From: an uncultured Clostridia bacterium
GTDB taxonomy: Bacteria > Bacillota > Clostridia > TANB77 > CAG-508
Reading direction: 5' to 3'
Assembly (NCBI GenBank): GCA_947626605.1
Contig: CANQSV010000001.1
Coordinates: 13,018-45,017, forward strand
DNA length: 32,000 nt
A program made the translations under genes and the position numbers. Every line of letters begins with the position of its first letter. Within the stretch, counting starts at the first letter, position 1. Shown in pieces: positions 1 through 9,308 of the stretch. The notes under the pieces are model-generated. The model was not told where the DNA came from and ran no database searches. It was given only the letters and a program-made list of their open reading frames with translations.

Positions 1-1
1 T

Positions 2-1870
2 AAATTATTACGTGATTCTATAAATGATTATCAAGGTATTGACTTATCAGATACAAAAGTTGGTACTGGAAAATATTATTGTGAAAATATTATAGGATTA
101 GATAAAACAGATGGAAAACCTGCTTTAATAACAGAAAAAAGACGTTTTGATGCAATGGCTGTTGTTGGTGTTTCTGGTTCTGGTAAGACTTCATTGATTT
201 TTGAGCCTATGATTGCTAGAGATCTAGAAAAAAAATTATTCTTTTTTGAAATTTCTAAAGAAATGGGATTTGCTGCTTTAAAGTCTGGTATAGCTAATCT
301 TAATAGACCTTATGATAATAAATATTTAAATGACCATTTTTCATTAAATATGATTTCGGCTAATTCTGGAAAAGAAAAACTATATTCAGCTTATATGGAT
401 AAAATGGTATATGGAAAAAATGAAAAAGGAAAACTTATTTATAGAGATCTTGGTCTAACATATATATCTCCTGATTACGAATCAATTTCGCATATGTTAG
501 ATGTTGCTAAAAATTTAAATTTATCAGTAAATCTTATTGATCCATTAAAATCAGATTCAGTTGGATTAAACCCATTTATACACGACGATCCTGTTGATAC
601 TGCTGTTGCTATTTCTACAGTTCTTTATGGTATGTTTGTTTCAACAAAGGCTGATATTGAACTTGCATTTAGAGAACATGCTGCAAGCCAAGCTGTTGAA
701 AATCTTGCAATTTTGCTTAAAGAAATGTATCCAAGATTGCATGATGGTCTACTTCCTACTCTAGAAGATTTATTAAATATGTTAAATAATTTTGATTTAG
801 CCCAAGAAATGTGTGAGGAATTAGAAAAAAATCCCGAACTTGCACGTAAGCATTCGATTTTACTTTCTTATTTTAAGAAAAACTTTTATAAAAATGGTAT
901 TGGTAGAGCTAATACTGAAAAATTTGTATATACCGCTGCTACTCAACTAGATACTTTATTAAGAATTGAAGGTGTAAAAAACATTTTATGTAATAGATCT
1001 AACAATGTTAATTTTTCTGACGCTTTAGAAAATGGTGAACTTACTTTCATTTGTACAAGGCGTGGAGATTTAGGTGCTACTATCCATACAGCATTTGGTC
1101 TATTTGCAATACTTATTATGCAACATGCTGTATTAAAAAGACCTGGCACAGAAAACACTAGAATACCTCATTTCTTATACATAGATGAGTTTTCTGATTT
1201 TGTTGGTTCAGCAACCGAACCATTATTTACACTTTATAGAAAATATAGAGTTGGTTCAATAATTTCTGTTCAAAACTTAGATCAATTAGGTACAAAATCA
1301 ACTTCTAAGCATAGGCAAACAATATTAGCAAACTGTGCTACTAAGGTTACTTTTGGAAACAACTCACCAGAAGATAATGAATGGTGGACAAAAGAATTCT
1401 TAGATAAAAGAGAATGGTCTTTCACTTTTGCATATAATACAGATAAAGTTGAATACGATCCAAAATTTAATAATCCTGTTTGGAAGTGGAAACCTAATTT
1501 TGAAGCCGGAAAAATCCAAGCTATTAAGTTTAAGAATTGTGCTTACAAAATAAAAGATTTAAAAGGAAAAAATAAAATTGGTGTTGCTAGATTAGATTTC
1601 TTAGATGAAAAATATAAAGTTGCAAAAAAAATAAAATCATATAACTTTGCTAAGTTTACAAATGGTATTGGCCTTTCTGATGATGAAGATACTTCTACAT
1701 CACCTAGAAAAAAGACAAAGTTTGATTATCAACATGTGCAATTTGATGTTGCAGAAAACGGAGATATTGATCCAATAAAATATAATTCTTCATCAATCTT
1801 TAATGATCCTACTTCTTTATCATTCTACACAAGTAAAAATAAAAATAAAAAGCAAGAAGATGAAGAATAA
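2..1870 (+). CDS. Conjugation/type IV secretion coupling protein-like ATPase (TraG/TraD/VirD4 family); 5' end lies outside the window
   Basis: The frame is open from nt 2 (KLLRDSINDYQG...), so the Met at 155 is internal. Walker A GVSGSGKT, Walker B-like FLYIDEFSDF, and the GLNPF and SVQNLDQL motifs are typical of T4CP ATPases. Stop TAA at 1868-1870. Confidence 0.6.
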   Translation, partial: KLLRDSINDYQGIDLSDTKVGTGKYYCENIIGLDKTDGKPALITEKRRFDAMAVVGVSGSGKTSLIFEPMIARDLEKKLFFFEISKEMGFAALKSGIANLNRPYDNKYLNDHFSLNMISANSGKEKLYSAYMDKMVYGKNEKGKLIYRDLGLTYISPDYESISHMLDVAKNLNLSVNLIDPLKSDSVGLNPFIHDDPVDTAVAISTVLYGMFVSTKADIELAFREHAASQAVENLAILLKEMYPRLHDGLLPTLEDLLNMLNNFDLAQEMCEELEKNPELARKHSILLSYFKKNFYKNGIGRANTEKFVYTAATQLDTLLRIEGVKNILCNRSNNVNFSDALENGELTFICTRRGDLGATIHTAFGLFAILIMQHAVLKRPGTENTRIPHFLYIDEFSDFVGSATEPLFTLYRKYRVGSIISVQNLDQLGTKSTSKHRQTILANCATKVTFGNNSPEDNEWWTKEFLDKREWSFTFAYNTDKVEYDPKFNNPVWKWKPNFEAGKIQAIKFKNCAYKIKDLKGKNKIGVARLDFLDEKYKVAKKIKSYNFAKFTNGIGLSDDEDTSTSPRKKTKFDYQHVQFDVAENGDIDPIKYNSSSIFNDPTSLSFYTSKNKNKKQEDEE

Positions 1871-1890
1871 AAATATAAATATAAATATAA

Positions 1891-1924
1891 AAAATAACTA
1901 TTGCAATATTGCAATAGTTATTTT
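1891..1924. terminator. Perfect 16-nt-arm palindrome between convergent genes; probable bidirectional terminator
   Basis: AAAATAACTATTGCAA (1891-1906), TA, TTGCAATAGTTATTTT (1909-1924). A-run on the left and T-run on the right. It abuts the stop codon at 1925-1927. Confidence 0.55.
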
Positions 1925-2869
1925 TTATTCATTATCTAATAATTTTATTTCTACCTCTTCTGTTTTATATTTTTTAGTTTCTTCATCTATATAAAATTCT
2001 GATAAAGTACTCTTTAAAGAATCTCTATTTTGTTTCAAATCTGTAGTAAAGTATAACTTTATTTGAGGTATTTCTATTTTATTTATTATTATTTGTTTAA
2101 ATAATTCTGCTGTATGCTTATCATCTTCGCAAACAAAAACTAATTGTGGCATACTTTTAAAATTTGAATCCAATGGTTGAAAATTATTATAAAAGTCTTG
2201 ATAAAACTTAATCTTTTCTATCGCTCTTTTCTCCCAACCTTCTTCTCTTCTAACTACTTCAAAAATAAATTCTATTGATTTATTTGCTTTTGTTAACTTA
2301 ACTGTTCCTCCTGTTGGTTTAAAGACTTTATTTAAGGACTTTGCTTTTATACTTGGCTTAACAACATATGAATCATAGGCTTTTACTTTCCTCATATATG
2401 CTATTATAATTTGATTTCCTGCTAGTCTTTTCTTTATCATATATACGGGTTTAGTATTATCTGTAGGTTGCCAATTGCATTCCTCACCTCTAGAGTTTAA
2501 TAAATATTTTCCCATTTTCTCTAAGCAATATATTCTATATATTCCCTTGCCTTCTTCTGAATTAAAATAATATCTTGTTAAAATTTTGCTTTTAACTAGT
2601 TGATCCAATTTTACATTCAATTTGTCTTGATTTTTATAGTCTATGCCTTTATAGTCTAATATTTGGCATAATTGCCTTGATGTGATAAATTCAAATTCAT
2701 TAACAATTTCTAGTATTGAAAAATGTAATTCATTTAAATGACCCATATTAATTTTGTGAATTATTTGATTCATTGAAACATAGTTATCACGCCCGTCAAA
2801 AGTTTTTATTTCTCCTTCTCTAACCGCAAAAGGTGAACTTGTTGCTATTATCTCACTATCTTTTATCAT
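1925..2869 (-). CDS. Replication-relaxation (Replic_Relax-like) family protein, putative mobile-element DNA-processing protein
   Basis: 314-aa ORF. ATG at 2869 preceded by AAGGAGA. The N-terminal winged-helix-like segment LNELHFSILEIVNEFEFITSRQLCQIL resembles the Replic_Relax pattern as I remember it. It is convergent with a T4CP-like gene. Not verified by any search. Confidence 0.45.
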   Translation of the reverse strand: MIKDSEIIATSSPFAVREGEIKTFDGRDNYVSMNQIIHKINMGHLNELHFSILEIVNEFEFITSRQLCQILDYKGIDYKNQDKLNVKLDQLVKSKILTRYYFNSEEGKGIYRIYCLEKMGKYLLNSRGEECNWQPTDNTKPVYMIKKRLAGNQIIIAYMRKVKAYDSYVVKPSIKAKSLNKVFKPTGGTVKLTKANKSIEFIFEVVRREEGWEKRAIEKIKFYQDFYNNFQPLDSNFKSMPQLVFVCEDDKHTAELFKQIIINKIEIPQIKLYFTTDLKQNRDSLKSTLSEFYIDEETKKYKTEEVEIKLLDNE

Positions 2870-2886
2870 ATTTTTCTCCTTCTTTT

Positions 2887-3726
2887 CTATTCTAATATAT
2901 AATTTCCCTTATAGTTTTTTTCATCTATAAGTGTTAATTTTATTTTTTTCTTTTCAGGAATTATTTTTTTTATGTATACATCAACTTGTTGCCCATATTT
3001 AAAATTTCTTGTATATTCTGCCATTCCTACTAAATTAGGTTGCAATTCTATAAATATGCCATTCTTTGCCTTTTCTGTCTCTCTTATAATTCCTTTTACT
3101 ATCATCCCTTCTTTAAATTTACTTGCATTTTCCTCCCATGTTCCCAACAATTCTTTATATGTTAGCAATATTCTCTCTTTCTGTTTATCTATATGTTTTA
3201 TCATTACATTTATTTTATCTTCTACTTTTAGCCTCTCTGCTGGGCTTTTAATTCTAGCTACAGAAATATCTTCTATTCTAAGAAGTCCTACTACCCCACC
3301 GCCAATTTCAACAAAAGCTCCATAAGGTCTAATATTTTTTACAATTCCTTTTACTACTTGTCCTTCTTGAAGTTCATTTACTGCCCAATCTAAAGCCTCT
3401 CTACCTACCTCTTTTCTTGATAGAATAACTATACCTTCTTTATCTATATCTTTCACTTTACATTGAACATATTTATTTACTTTGCTCATACAAATATTAG
3501 GTTTTGGGAATCCCGTTTCTTCTACATTCATAGCCTCAACTTCTTCTCTAGGAATTATTCCCTTTAAATTATTGTTAAAATTTACATGTAAATTGTAATT
3601 TGAATCACATGTTATAACTTTCCCAGTTATTATTCTTCCGTCTTCCATTGCTTTTTCAACATCATCTTCTGTTGCATAAAAATCATCTTTCTGCCAACCT
3701 TCTGGAATAAATTTTTGATATTCCAT
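2887..3726 (-). CDS. S1 RNA-binding domain protein (about three S1 repeats)
   Basis: Repeated S1-type segments (GKVITCDSNYNLHVNF..., GQVVKGIVKNIRPYGAFVEIGGGVVGLLRIEDIS, GMIVKGIIRETEKAKNGIFIEL). Start moved to the internal ATG at 3726 (MEYQKF), which follows AAGGAGA. Stop TAG at 2887-2889. Confidence 0.8.
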   Translation of the reverse strand: MEYQKFIPEGWQKDDFYATEDDVEKAMEDGRIITGKVITCDSNYNLHVNFNNNLKGIIPREEVEAMNVEETGFPKPNICMSKVNKYVQCKVKDIDKEGIVILSRKEVGREALDWAVNELQEGQVVKGIVKNIRPYGAFVEIGGGVVGLLRIEDISVARIKSPAERLKVEDKINVMIKHIDKQKERILLTYKELLGTWEENASKFKEGMIVKGIIRETEKAKNGIFIELQPNLVGMAEYTRNFKYGQQVDVYIKKIIPEKKKIKLTLIDEKNYKGNYILE

Positions 3727-3782
3727 CTGTATTCTCCTTTTTCTTTTGTATTTTATATTATTATATAAACTTTTTTTCAAAA

Positions 3783-4511
3783 TTACAATATCTTTAATGA
3801 ATTTAATTCATGCTTGGTCAGGTATCTCCATTCTCCAATTTTCATATTTTTTACTGTAATATTTCCAATCTTACTTCTATGAAGTGCTAAAACTTTCTTA
3901 TCTATTGCTTCACACATTTTTCTAACCTGTCTATTTTTTCCTTCATGTATTGTAATTTCTAATCTTGATATATTTTTTTCTATATCTGTTTTTAATATTT
4001 TAACCTTTGCTTCTTTTGTAATATAATTTTCTATTCTTACTCCGTTTTCTAATTTTTTTACTTCTTCTTCCTTAATAATACCTTTTACAGTTACTGTATA
4101 CGTTTTTGTTATTTCATGCTTAGGATGTGTAATTTTATAAACAAAGTCTCCATCATCTGTCAAAATTAGTGCTCCTGAAGTGTACATATCTAATCTCCCA
4201 ACCGGAACAATTCTTTTATTGATATTCTTTATTAAATCCAAAACAGTTGGTCTATTAAACTGGTCTTTAACTGTTGTTACATATCCTATTGGTTTATTTA
4301 AAATAATATATATGTGTGAATTTTCTTCATCTATTTCCACTAATTTATTTTCAAAAAATATTTTATCTTGCTTAGGATTTACTTTTGTTCCCAATTCTGT
4401 TACTATAACATTATTTACTTTAACTTTGCCTTCTAGAATATATTCTTCACATTTTCTTCTTGAAGCAATTCCAGCTTCAGCTAGAAATTTTTGTAATCGA
4501 ATCTCTTCCAT
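3783..4511 (-). CDS. rluB: Pseudouridine synthase, RsuA/RluB family with N-terminal S4 domain
   Basis: S4-like N-terminus (RLQKFLAEAGIASRRKCEEYI), catalytic GRLDMYTSGALILTDDG, and the NRQVRKM motif. RBS GAGGGAG upstream of ATG 4511. Confidence 0.8.
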   Translation of the reverse strand: MEEIRLQKFLAEAGIASRRKCEEYILEGKVKVNNVIVTELGTKVNPKQDKIFFENKLVEIDEENSHIYIILNKPIGYVTTVKDQFNRPTVLDLIKNINKRIVPVGRLDMYTSGALILTDDGDFVYKITHPKHEITKTYTVTVKGIIKEEEVKKLENGVRIENYITKEAKVKILKTDIEKNISRLEITIHEGKNRQVRKMCEAIDKKVLALHRSKIGNITVKNMKIGEWRYLTKHELNSLKIL

Positions 4512-4530
4512 TTCACTCCCTCTTATATTT

Positions 4531-5466
4531 TTAATTTGTTATTGTTCTATTCTCCAATTTTTTTAATACATCTTGAAATTCAGTTGGTAATTCTGCTTCA
4601 AGTATCATTTTTTTATTTGTAATTGGATGCATAAATTCCAATCTCTTTGCATGTAACAATTGCCCTTCTATTCCAAATTCATTTTTACCATTTGAATAAG
4701 TATAATCACCAATAATCGGAAAACCTATTTGTGATAAATGTACTCTAATTTGATGAGTTCTACCTGTATCTATTTTTACTTCTAATAAAGTATATTTATC
4801 ATATCTTTGCAGTACTTTAAAATGCGTTATTGCTTCTTTTCCTTGTTTAGTTACTGCCATTTTTTTTCTGTCTTTTGTACTTCTTCCTATTGGCATATTT
4901 ATTGTTGCTTCATTCTCTTTAATAATTCCTCTAACTAAAGCTATATATGTCTTCTTAACTTTTCTATCTTTTATTTGTTCACTCATATTAATATGTGCTT
5001 TATCATTTTTTGCAATTATCAATAACCCTGATGTATCTTTATCTAATCTATGCACTATTCCTGGTCTAATTTCTCCTCCTATACCTGATAAAGAATCTTT
5101 ACATATATTCATAATTGCATTAACTATAGTACCATCAGGATTTCCATTTGCAGGATGAACTACAATTCCCTTAGGTTTATTTATTACTATTATATCTTTA
5201 TCTTCATATATAATTTCTAAAGGTATATCTTGTGCTTTTAAATCAATTTCCTGTGCTTCTTCTTCCTCAATTTCAATAATATCATTTAAACATACCTTAT
5301 ATGATGCTTTCTGCTTTTTTCCATTAACTAATACTTTATCTTTTTCTAATAATCTTTGAATAGCTGTTCTGGATAATTCTGTGTTTAATATTGAAATTAC
5401 TTTGTCTAATCTTATATTTATATTCTTTTCGTCAATACAATATTTATTCACTTTAATATTCCTCAT
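4531..5466 (-). CDS. rluD: RluA-family 23S rRNA pseudouridine synthase (RluD-like)
   Basis: S4 domain followed by HRLDKDTSGLLIIAKN and the TGRTHQIRVH motif. Start taken as ATG 5466 (MRNIKV...), which overlaps the lspA stop as ATGA. The longer track ORF would run inside lspA. Confidence 0.85.
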   Translation of the reverse strand: MRNIKVNKYCIDEKNINIRLDKVISILNTELSRTAIQRLLEKDKVLVNGKKQKASYKVCLNDIIEIEEEEAQEIDLKAQDIPLEIIYEDKDIIVINKPKGIVVHPANGNPDGTIVNAIMNICKDSLSGIGGEIRPGIVHRLDKDTSGLLIIAKNDKAHINMSEQIKDRKVKKTYIALVRGIIKENEATINMPIGRSTKDRKKMAVTKQGKEAITHFKVLQRYDKYTLLEVKIDTGRTHQIRVHLSQIGFPIIGDYTYSNGKNEFGIEGQLLHAKRLEFMHPITNKKMILEAELPTEFQDVLKKLENRTITN

Positions 5467-5984
5467 TTCATATCCTGTTTTTGTTTTTCCTTGTTTATAT
5501 TTAATTCCTCTCTCGCTTTTGCCACAAATGCAAATACCAATAAAAACCAACTTACTACTAGAAAAATATCTGCTAAGTTACATCTTGGATAACTAGGTAT
5601 TATCAATAAGTTAATAAAATCAACTACGTATCCTCTAAAAATTCTGTCAATTAAATTGCTTAGACCTCCTGCTAAAGCTGTACTGAGTAAAAACATAGTC
5701 TTTGGTCCGATTTTTTCTCTTTGCATTATCATAAATCTAATTATTATTGCAATAACAATAATATTAGAAACTATTATTAGAGTTTTGCTGTCCCCTTGTG
5801 CAATTCCAAAAGCTATCCCTGTATTTTCTAAATAGCTAAAACTCAATACATTTCTTATAATTACTTGCTCTTTATCTTTTGTAAACCTTATTGCATATAA
5901 TTTAGTTAATTGTTCTATAATGATCAATACAATTATTAATGTTAAAACTCTTATGAATCTATTAGATGTTTTCTTTTTTTTCAT
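5463..5984 (-). CDS. lspA: Lipoprotein signal peptidase (signal peptidase II)
   Basis: 173 aa with four hydrophobic segments. NTGIAFGI and the VVDFI/NLADIF motifs are typical of LspA. RBS AAGGAG present. The lspA-rluD order is conserved in Firmicutes. Confidence 0.85.
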   Translation of the reverse strand: MKKKKTSNRFIRVLTLIIVLIIIEQLTKLYAIRFTKDKEQVIIRNVLSFSYLENTGIAFGIAQGDSKTLIIVSNIIVIAIIIRFMIMQREKIGPKTMFLLSTALAGGLSNLIDRIFRGYVVDFINLLIIPSYPRCNLADIFLVVSWFLLVFAFVAKAREELNINKEKQKQDMK

Positions 5985-6002
5985 TTTTGGCTCCTTAACA
6001 TA

Positions 6003-7622
6003 TTACTTTTTAGATTTTTCTAACTTTCTCTCAAATATAACAAAAGATGCATCTGAATATATCTCAGTGTAATTCTCATCTTCTTCTATATCTGAAGTCA
6101 AATTTCTATCTTTATATAATATAACATGCGTAATTCCATATTTTTCGAATATTTTTTCATAATCTTCATATTGATATTCTGTATCTATAAAATCCTCAAA
6201 AATATCTCTATCCCCATTAAATTCAGGAGCATATAAGTCAGCCCTCGAATCTATAAATACTGGTATATCACAATATAACAAGTAACTACCATAATTATAC
6301 TCATTAAATAATTTTATTTCATTTAAGTCCAAATTTTCTTTAATGAATTCTGCTGCATATACTGGATATGATCCTTCATTGATAAATTTATCATTGTCCT
6401 TATCATCATATACAAGAACCACTAATATTGCCATTGCTACTATAAAAATTAGTATTCCGACTTTATCAGTTAACTCTTTAATTAATCCTTCAATTAGCTT
6501 TTTATAATCTCTATCTAAAACTTGACTTAATAATTTTGCAATGATTAATCCTCCTATTAAAACCAGCAAAGAAAACTGTCTTTTTGATTTTATTGTAAGA
6601 TATGACAATCCTAGCAACATAAATAAGTCTGATAATCTTATTTTATTATCTAAGAAACCTATAACAAAAATATAAATTGCAAATACAATAATATATTTAA
6701 CTTCATCTGCCAATACTATTGGTTGATGCTCATTAATATTATCAGTAGTTGTTCCCATCATAGTTTTTACTAAATATGTATATGGTTCAAAAGTATTTTG
6801 TGGAGTAATTAAACCTGTTATAGCACATACTATCATTACTAAAATTAACCATTTAATATTTCTATTTCTTACAACCTTTATTTTATATGGATTTGCTCTT
6901 TTTAACTCTAATTCTTCTTTTATTTTATTTAATTTTTCTAATTTATTTTCATATAATTCTTGTTTTTCTTTGTTATCCTTTTTATTGAATTTTTTAATTT
7001 TTACTTTCATAGTAAAATATTTTAACCAATATATATAATCTATTGATAATATATATTCTGCTATATATGGTAAGAATAGAACAAATAGAAAAGGCCATAC
7101 CGCAGCATGTATATTAGCTACTAATAGAAAGCTTATTACTAATCCTATAGCATATCTTATTTTATGTTTTTCTAAAAACTTTTCTATAAAATAAATAATC
7201 CATACCATTACTATAAAAGAAACCAACTGTGCTCTCGCAGCTATAAAGCTCTCTAAGCAATACATTGCCCCTAATGTTGCAATTAATGACACAACAATAT
7301 TTTTATTTAGTTTAAGATTTACTGTGTATAAACTTATACCCAAAATTACAGAAAATACTACCGTAGATATATATATGGCTGTTAATCCACCTATTGAATA
7401 TATTAAATATATCATAACATCATATAACCAATGAGGATATGTATATATAAGGTTTTCATGCCATGAAAATGGATCTTGCATATCTACACCATTTTGCAAT
7501 ATATGTTCACCAATTTTTATAGTATAAAACGTATCATTTTGCAATTCCACAGGTGCCAATGCCATTGAAAATATTATAACACCTAAAATAGAAATAATCA
7601 TAAATATTTTTTTGTTCTTCAT
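6003..7622 (-). CDS. Large polytopic membrane protein, possibly a GT-C-fold glycosyltransferase-like protein (function uncertain)
   Basis: 539 aa with many hydrophobic helices. Acidic first loop (ELQNDTFYT...DMQDPF), a charged coiled-coil insert (KKFNKKDNKEKQELYENKLEKLNKIKEELELKR), and a soluble C-terminal domain. RBS AAGGAGA. Ends 18 nt before lspA. Confidence 0.65.
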   Translation of the reverse strand: MKNKKIFMIISILGVIIFSMALAPVELQNDTFYTIKIGEHILQNGVDMQDPFSWHENLIYTYPHWLYDVMIYLIYSIGGLTAIYISTVVFSVILGISLYTVNLKLNKNIVVSLIATLGAMYCLESFIAARAQLVSFIVMVWIIYFIEKFLEKHKIRYAIGLVISFLLVANIHAAVWPFLFVLFLPYIAEYILSIDYIYWLKYFTMKVKIKKFNKKDNKEKQELYENKLEKLNKIKEELELKRANPYKIKVVRNRNIKWLILVMIVCAITGLITPQNTFEPYTYLVKTMMGTTTDNINEHQPIVLADEVKYIIVFAIYIFVIGFLDNKIRLSDLFMLLGLSYLTIKSKRQFSLLVLIGGLIIAKLLSQVLDRDYKKLIEGLIKELTDKVGILIFIVAMAILVVLVYDDKDNDKFINEGSYPVYAAEFIKENLDLNEIKLFNEYNYGSYLLYCDIPVFIDSRADLYAPEFNGDRDIFEDFIDTEYQYEDYEKIFEKYGITHVILYKDRNLTSDIEEDENYTEIYSDASFVIFERKLEKSKK

Positions 7623-7670
7623 TTTTATTCTCCTTTAGAAAATTCAATCTTCGCTTTATAAAACAAATAC

Positions 7671-7699
7671 ATTATACAAAAAAAGCTACAAAAGTACAA
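7671..7699 (-). promoter_or_regulatory. Sigma-A-type promoter for the membrane protein-lspA operon
   Basis: On the minus strand, TTGTAC (7694-7699), 17 nt, TATAAT (7671-7676). Confidence 0.5.
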
Positions 7700-7713
7700 C
7701 CCTCAATTTCAAT

Positions 7714-7755
7714 AAAAAAACGAAGCTGCATAACATATATGTAGCTTCGTTTTTT
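7714..7755. terminator. Bidirectional intrinsic terminator
   Basis: A-run, then stem CGAAGCTGCA / TGTAGCTTCG (7721-7750, one G-U pair), then T-run. Confidence 0.75.
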
Positions 7756-7771
7756 ATTATATTTTATATTT

Positions 7772-8101
7772 CTATCCTACCCATCTAATAACTTTAATAT
7801 CTTTATATGTAGTTAATACTTGATTGTATTTTGAATAATCATCTTCCCAAAGTGCACTTGGTACTTTTTCAAACGCAGAAAAAATTTTTTCTGCTTCTTT
7901 TAAAAATACTATTTGTTCTTGTGCACTAAATTTCTCGTATTTCTTAGAAAAAACATATAATTTATCTAACATCTCATTTGCTTGTATGAATCTAAAGAAA
8001 TCTTTAACAGTCATTCCCGCCATTTTTATTTGTAAATAAGCAAATGCTATTAATGAAAACATTAAAAATATTAATATATATATCAACTTAATTATTAACA
8101 T
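7772..8101 (-). CDS. Small N-terminally membrane-anchored hypothetical protein
   Basis: Start moved to ATG 8101 (MLIIKLIYILIFLMFSLIAFAYL...), preceded by GAAGGTGA. One hydrophobic helix followed by a charged soluble part. Stop TAG at 7772-7774. Confidence 0.6.
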   Translation of the reverse strand: MLIIKLIYILIFLMFSLIAFAYLQIKMAGMTVKDFFRFIQANEMLDKLYVFSKKYEKFSAQEQIVFLKEAEKIFSAFEKVPSALWEDDYSKYNQVLTTYKDIKVIRWVG

Positions 8102-8198
8102 AATAATCACCTTCTTTTGGACTCTACGATTATTATACCATAATTTGGATATAAATGCAAATTTTATGTTGATTTTCAAAAAAAATGGTGTAAACTGG

Positions 8199-8227
8199 TT
8201 GACTTTTCCTTATATTTATATTAAAAT
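8199..8227 (+). promoter_or_regulatory. Sigma-A-type promoter of rplM-rpsI
   Basis: TTGACT (8199-8204), 17 nt, TAAAAT (8222-8227). A leader of about 110 nt follows before the rplM ATG. Confidence 0.6.
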
Positions 8228-8342
8228 ATATTAGCATTATATCGATATGTTGTAAATATACAACTTCTCCCCGGTAGTTTATATTTACAAATCATATTAA
8301 TAAATTTAGAAATTAAATAATGAATGGAGGGTATTAACTACC

Positions 8343-8777
8343 ATGAATAATACAACATATAGTATAAAAGAAAATGAAATTGAAAGAAAATGGTATATAA
8401 TTGATGCAGCTAATAAACCTTTAGGTAGAGTTGCTACTGAAGCTGCTAAATTATTAAGAGGAAAACACAAACCAACTTTCACACCAAATTTAGATGTAGG
8501 AGATCATGTAATCATAATTAATTGTAGCAAAGTTATCTTAACAGGCAATAAAATGTCTCAAAAAGTTTACAGACATCACTCAGGATATATTGGTGGTATG
8601 AAAGAAATCGTTGCCAAAGATATGTTAGCTAACAGTCCTGAAAAGGCTTTAACTTTAGCTATTAAAGGAATGCTTCCACACAATAGTTTAGGAAGACAAT
8701 CTATAAAAAAATTAAGAGTATATGCTGGTAGTGAGCATGAAAATCAAGCTCAAAAGCCAGAAATATGGAACTTCTAA
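8343..8777 (+). CDS. rplM: 50S ribosomal protein L13
   Basis: [33 protein letters not shown]... is an unmistakable L13 sequence. Confidence 0.95.
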   Translation: MNNTTYSIKENEIERKWYIIDAANKPLGRVATEAAKLLRGKHKPTFTPNLDVGDHVIIINCSKVILTGNKMSQKVYRHHSGYIGGMKEIVAKDMLANSPEKALTLAIKGMLPHNSLGRQSIKKLRVYAGSEHENQAQKPEIWNF

Positions 8778-8803
8778 TTTAAAGGTGTAAGGAGGAAATA
8801 TAA

Positions 8804-9211
8804 ATGCCAAAAGCAAAATCAGAAAAAATAATATTTTATGGTACTGGTAGAAGAAAAAGTTCTATTGCTAGAGTACGTTTAGTAGAAGGAACTGGAATTA
8901 TAACAATAAATGGTGTAAGTATAGATGAATATTTTGGTTTAGAAACTTTAAAAGTTATCGTTAAACAACCATTAAGTGTTACTAATACCTTAGCAAAATA
9001 TGATGTTGTAGCTAAAGTTACTGGTGGAGGTTTCACTGGTCAAGCTGGTGCAATTCGTCATGGTATAGCAAGAGCTTTATTAGAAGCTAATAGTGAATTT
9101 AGACCAGTATTAAAATCAAGTGGTTTCTTAACAAGAGATCCTCGTATGAAAGAAAGAAAGAAATATGGTCTTAAGAAAGCTAGAAAAGCTCCACAATTTT
9201 CAAAGAGATAA
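8804..9211 (+). CDS. rpsI: 30S ribosomal protein S9
   Basis: [12 protein letters not shown]...[19 protein letters not shown]...[36 protein letters not shown]. Confidence 0.95.
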   Translation: MPKAKSEKIIFYGTGRRKSSIARVRLVEGTGIITINGVSIDEYFGLETLKVIVKQPLSVTNTLAKYDVVAKVTGGGFTGQAGAIRHGIARALLEANSEFRPVLKSSGFLTRDPRMKERKKYGLKKARKAPQFSKR

Positions 9212-9217
9212 AATATC

Positions 9218-9255
9218 AAAAAAAACTCGAAAGTTTTATACTTTCGAGTTTTTTT
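9218..9255 (+). terminator. Intrinsic terminator of rplM-rpsI (flanked by an A-run and a T-run, so possibly bidirectional)
   Basis: Stem CTCGAAAGT (9226-9234) / ACTTTCGAG (9240-9248), followed by T7. Confidence 0.8.
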
Positions 9256-9264
9256 ATATTGTAA

Positions 9265-9291
9265 GAAATTTCTCCTAGTAGGAGAAATTTC
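9265..9291. other. Perfect 11-bp-stem hairpin with no U-tract
   Basis: GAAATTTCTCC (9265-9275), TAGTA, GGAGAAATTTC (9281-9291). Confidence 0.5.
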
Positions 9292-9308
9292 TGTACAAGA
9301 TAATTATG

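Noticed and set aside
3727-3780. Longer N-terminal extensions given by the ORF track for the S1 gene (to 3780), rluD (to 5550), the small membrane protein (to 8179) and mutL (to 29841)
   Set aside because: In each case an internal ATG is preceded by a good Shine-Dalgarno sequence at the right spacing. The extension either overlaps the upstream gene or adds residues absent from homologues.
8228-8342. Possible ribosomal-protein L13 autoregulatory leader upstream of rplM
   Set aside because: A leader of about 110 nt with a small hairpin (TGTTGTAAATATACAAC) is present, but I cannot match it to the known leader structure from memory, so it is not called as a feature.
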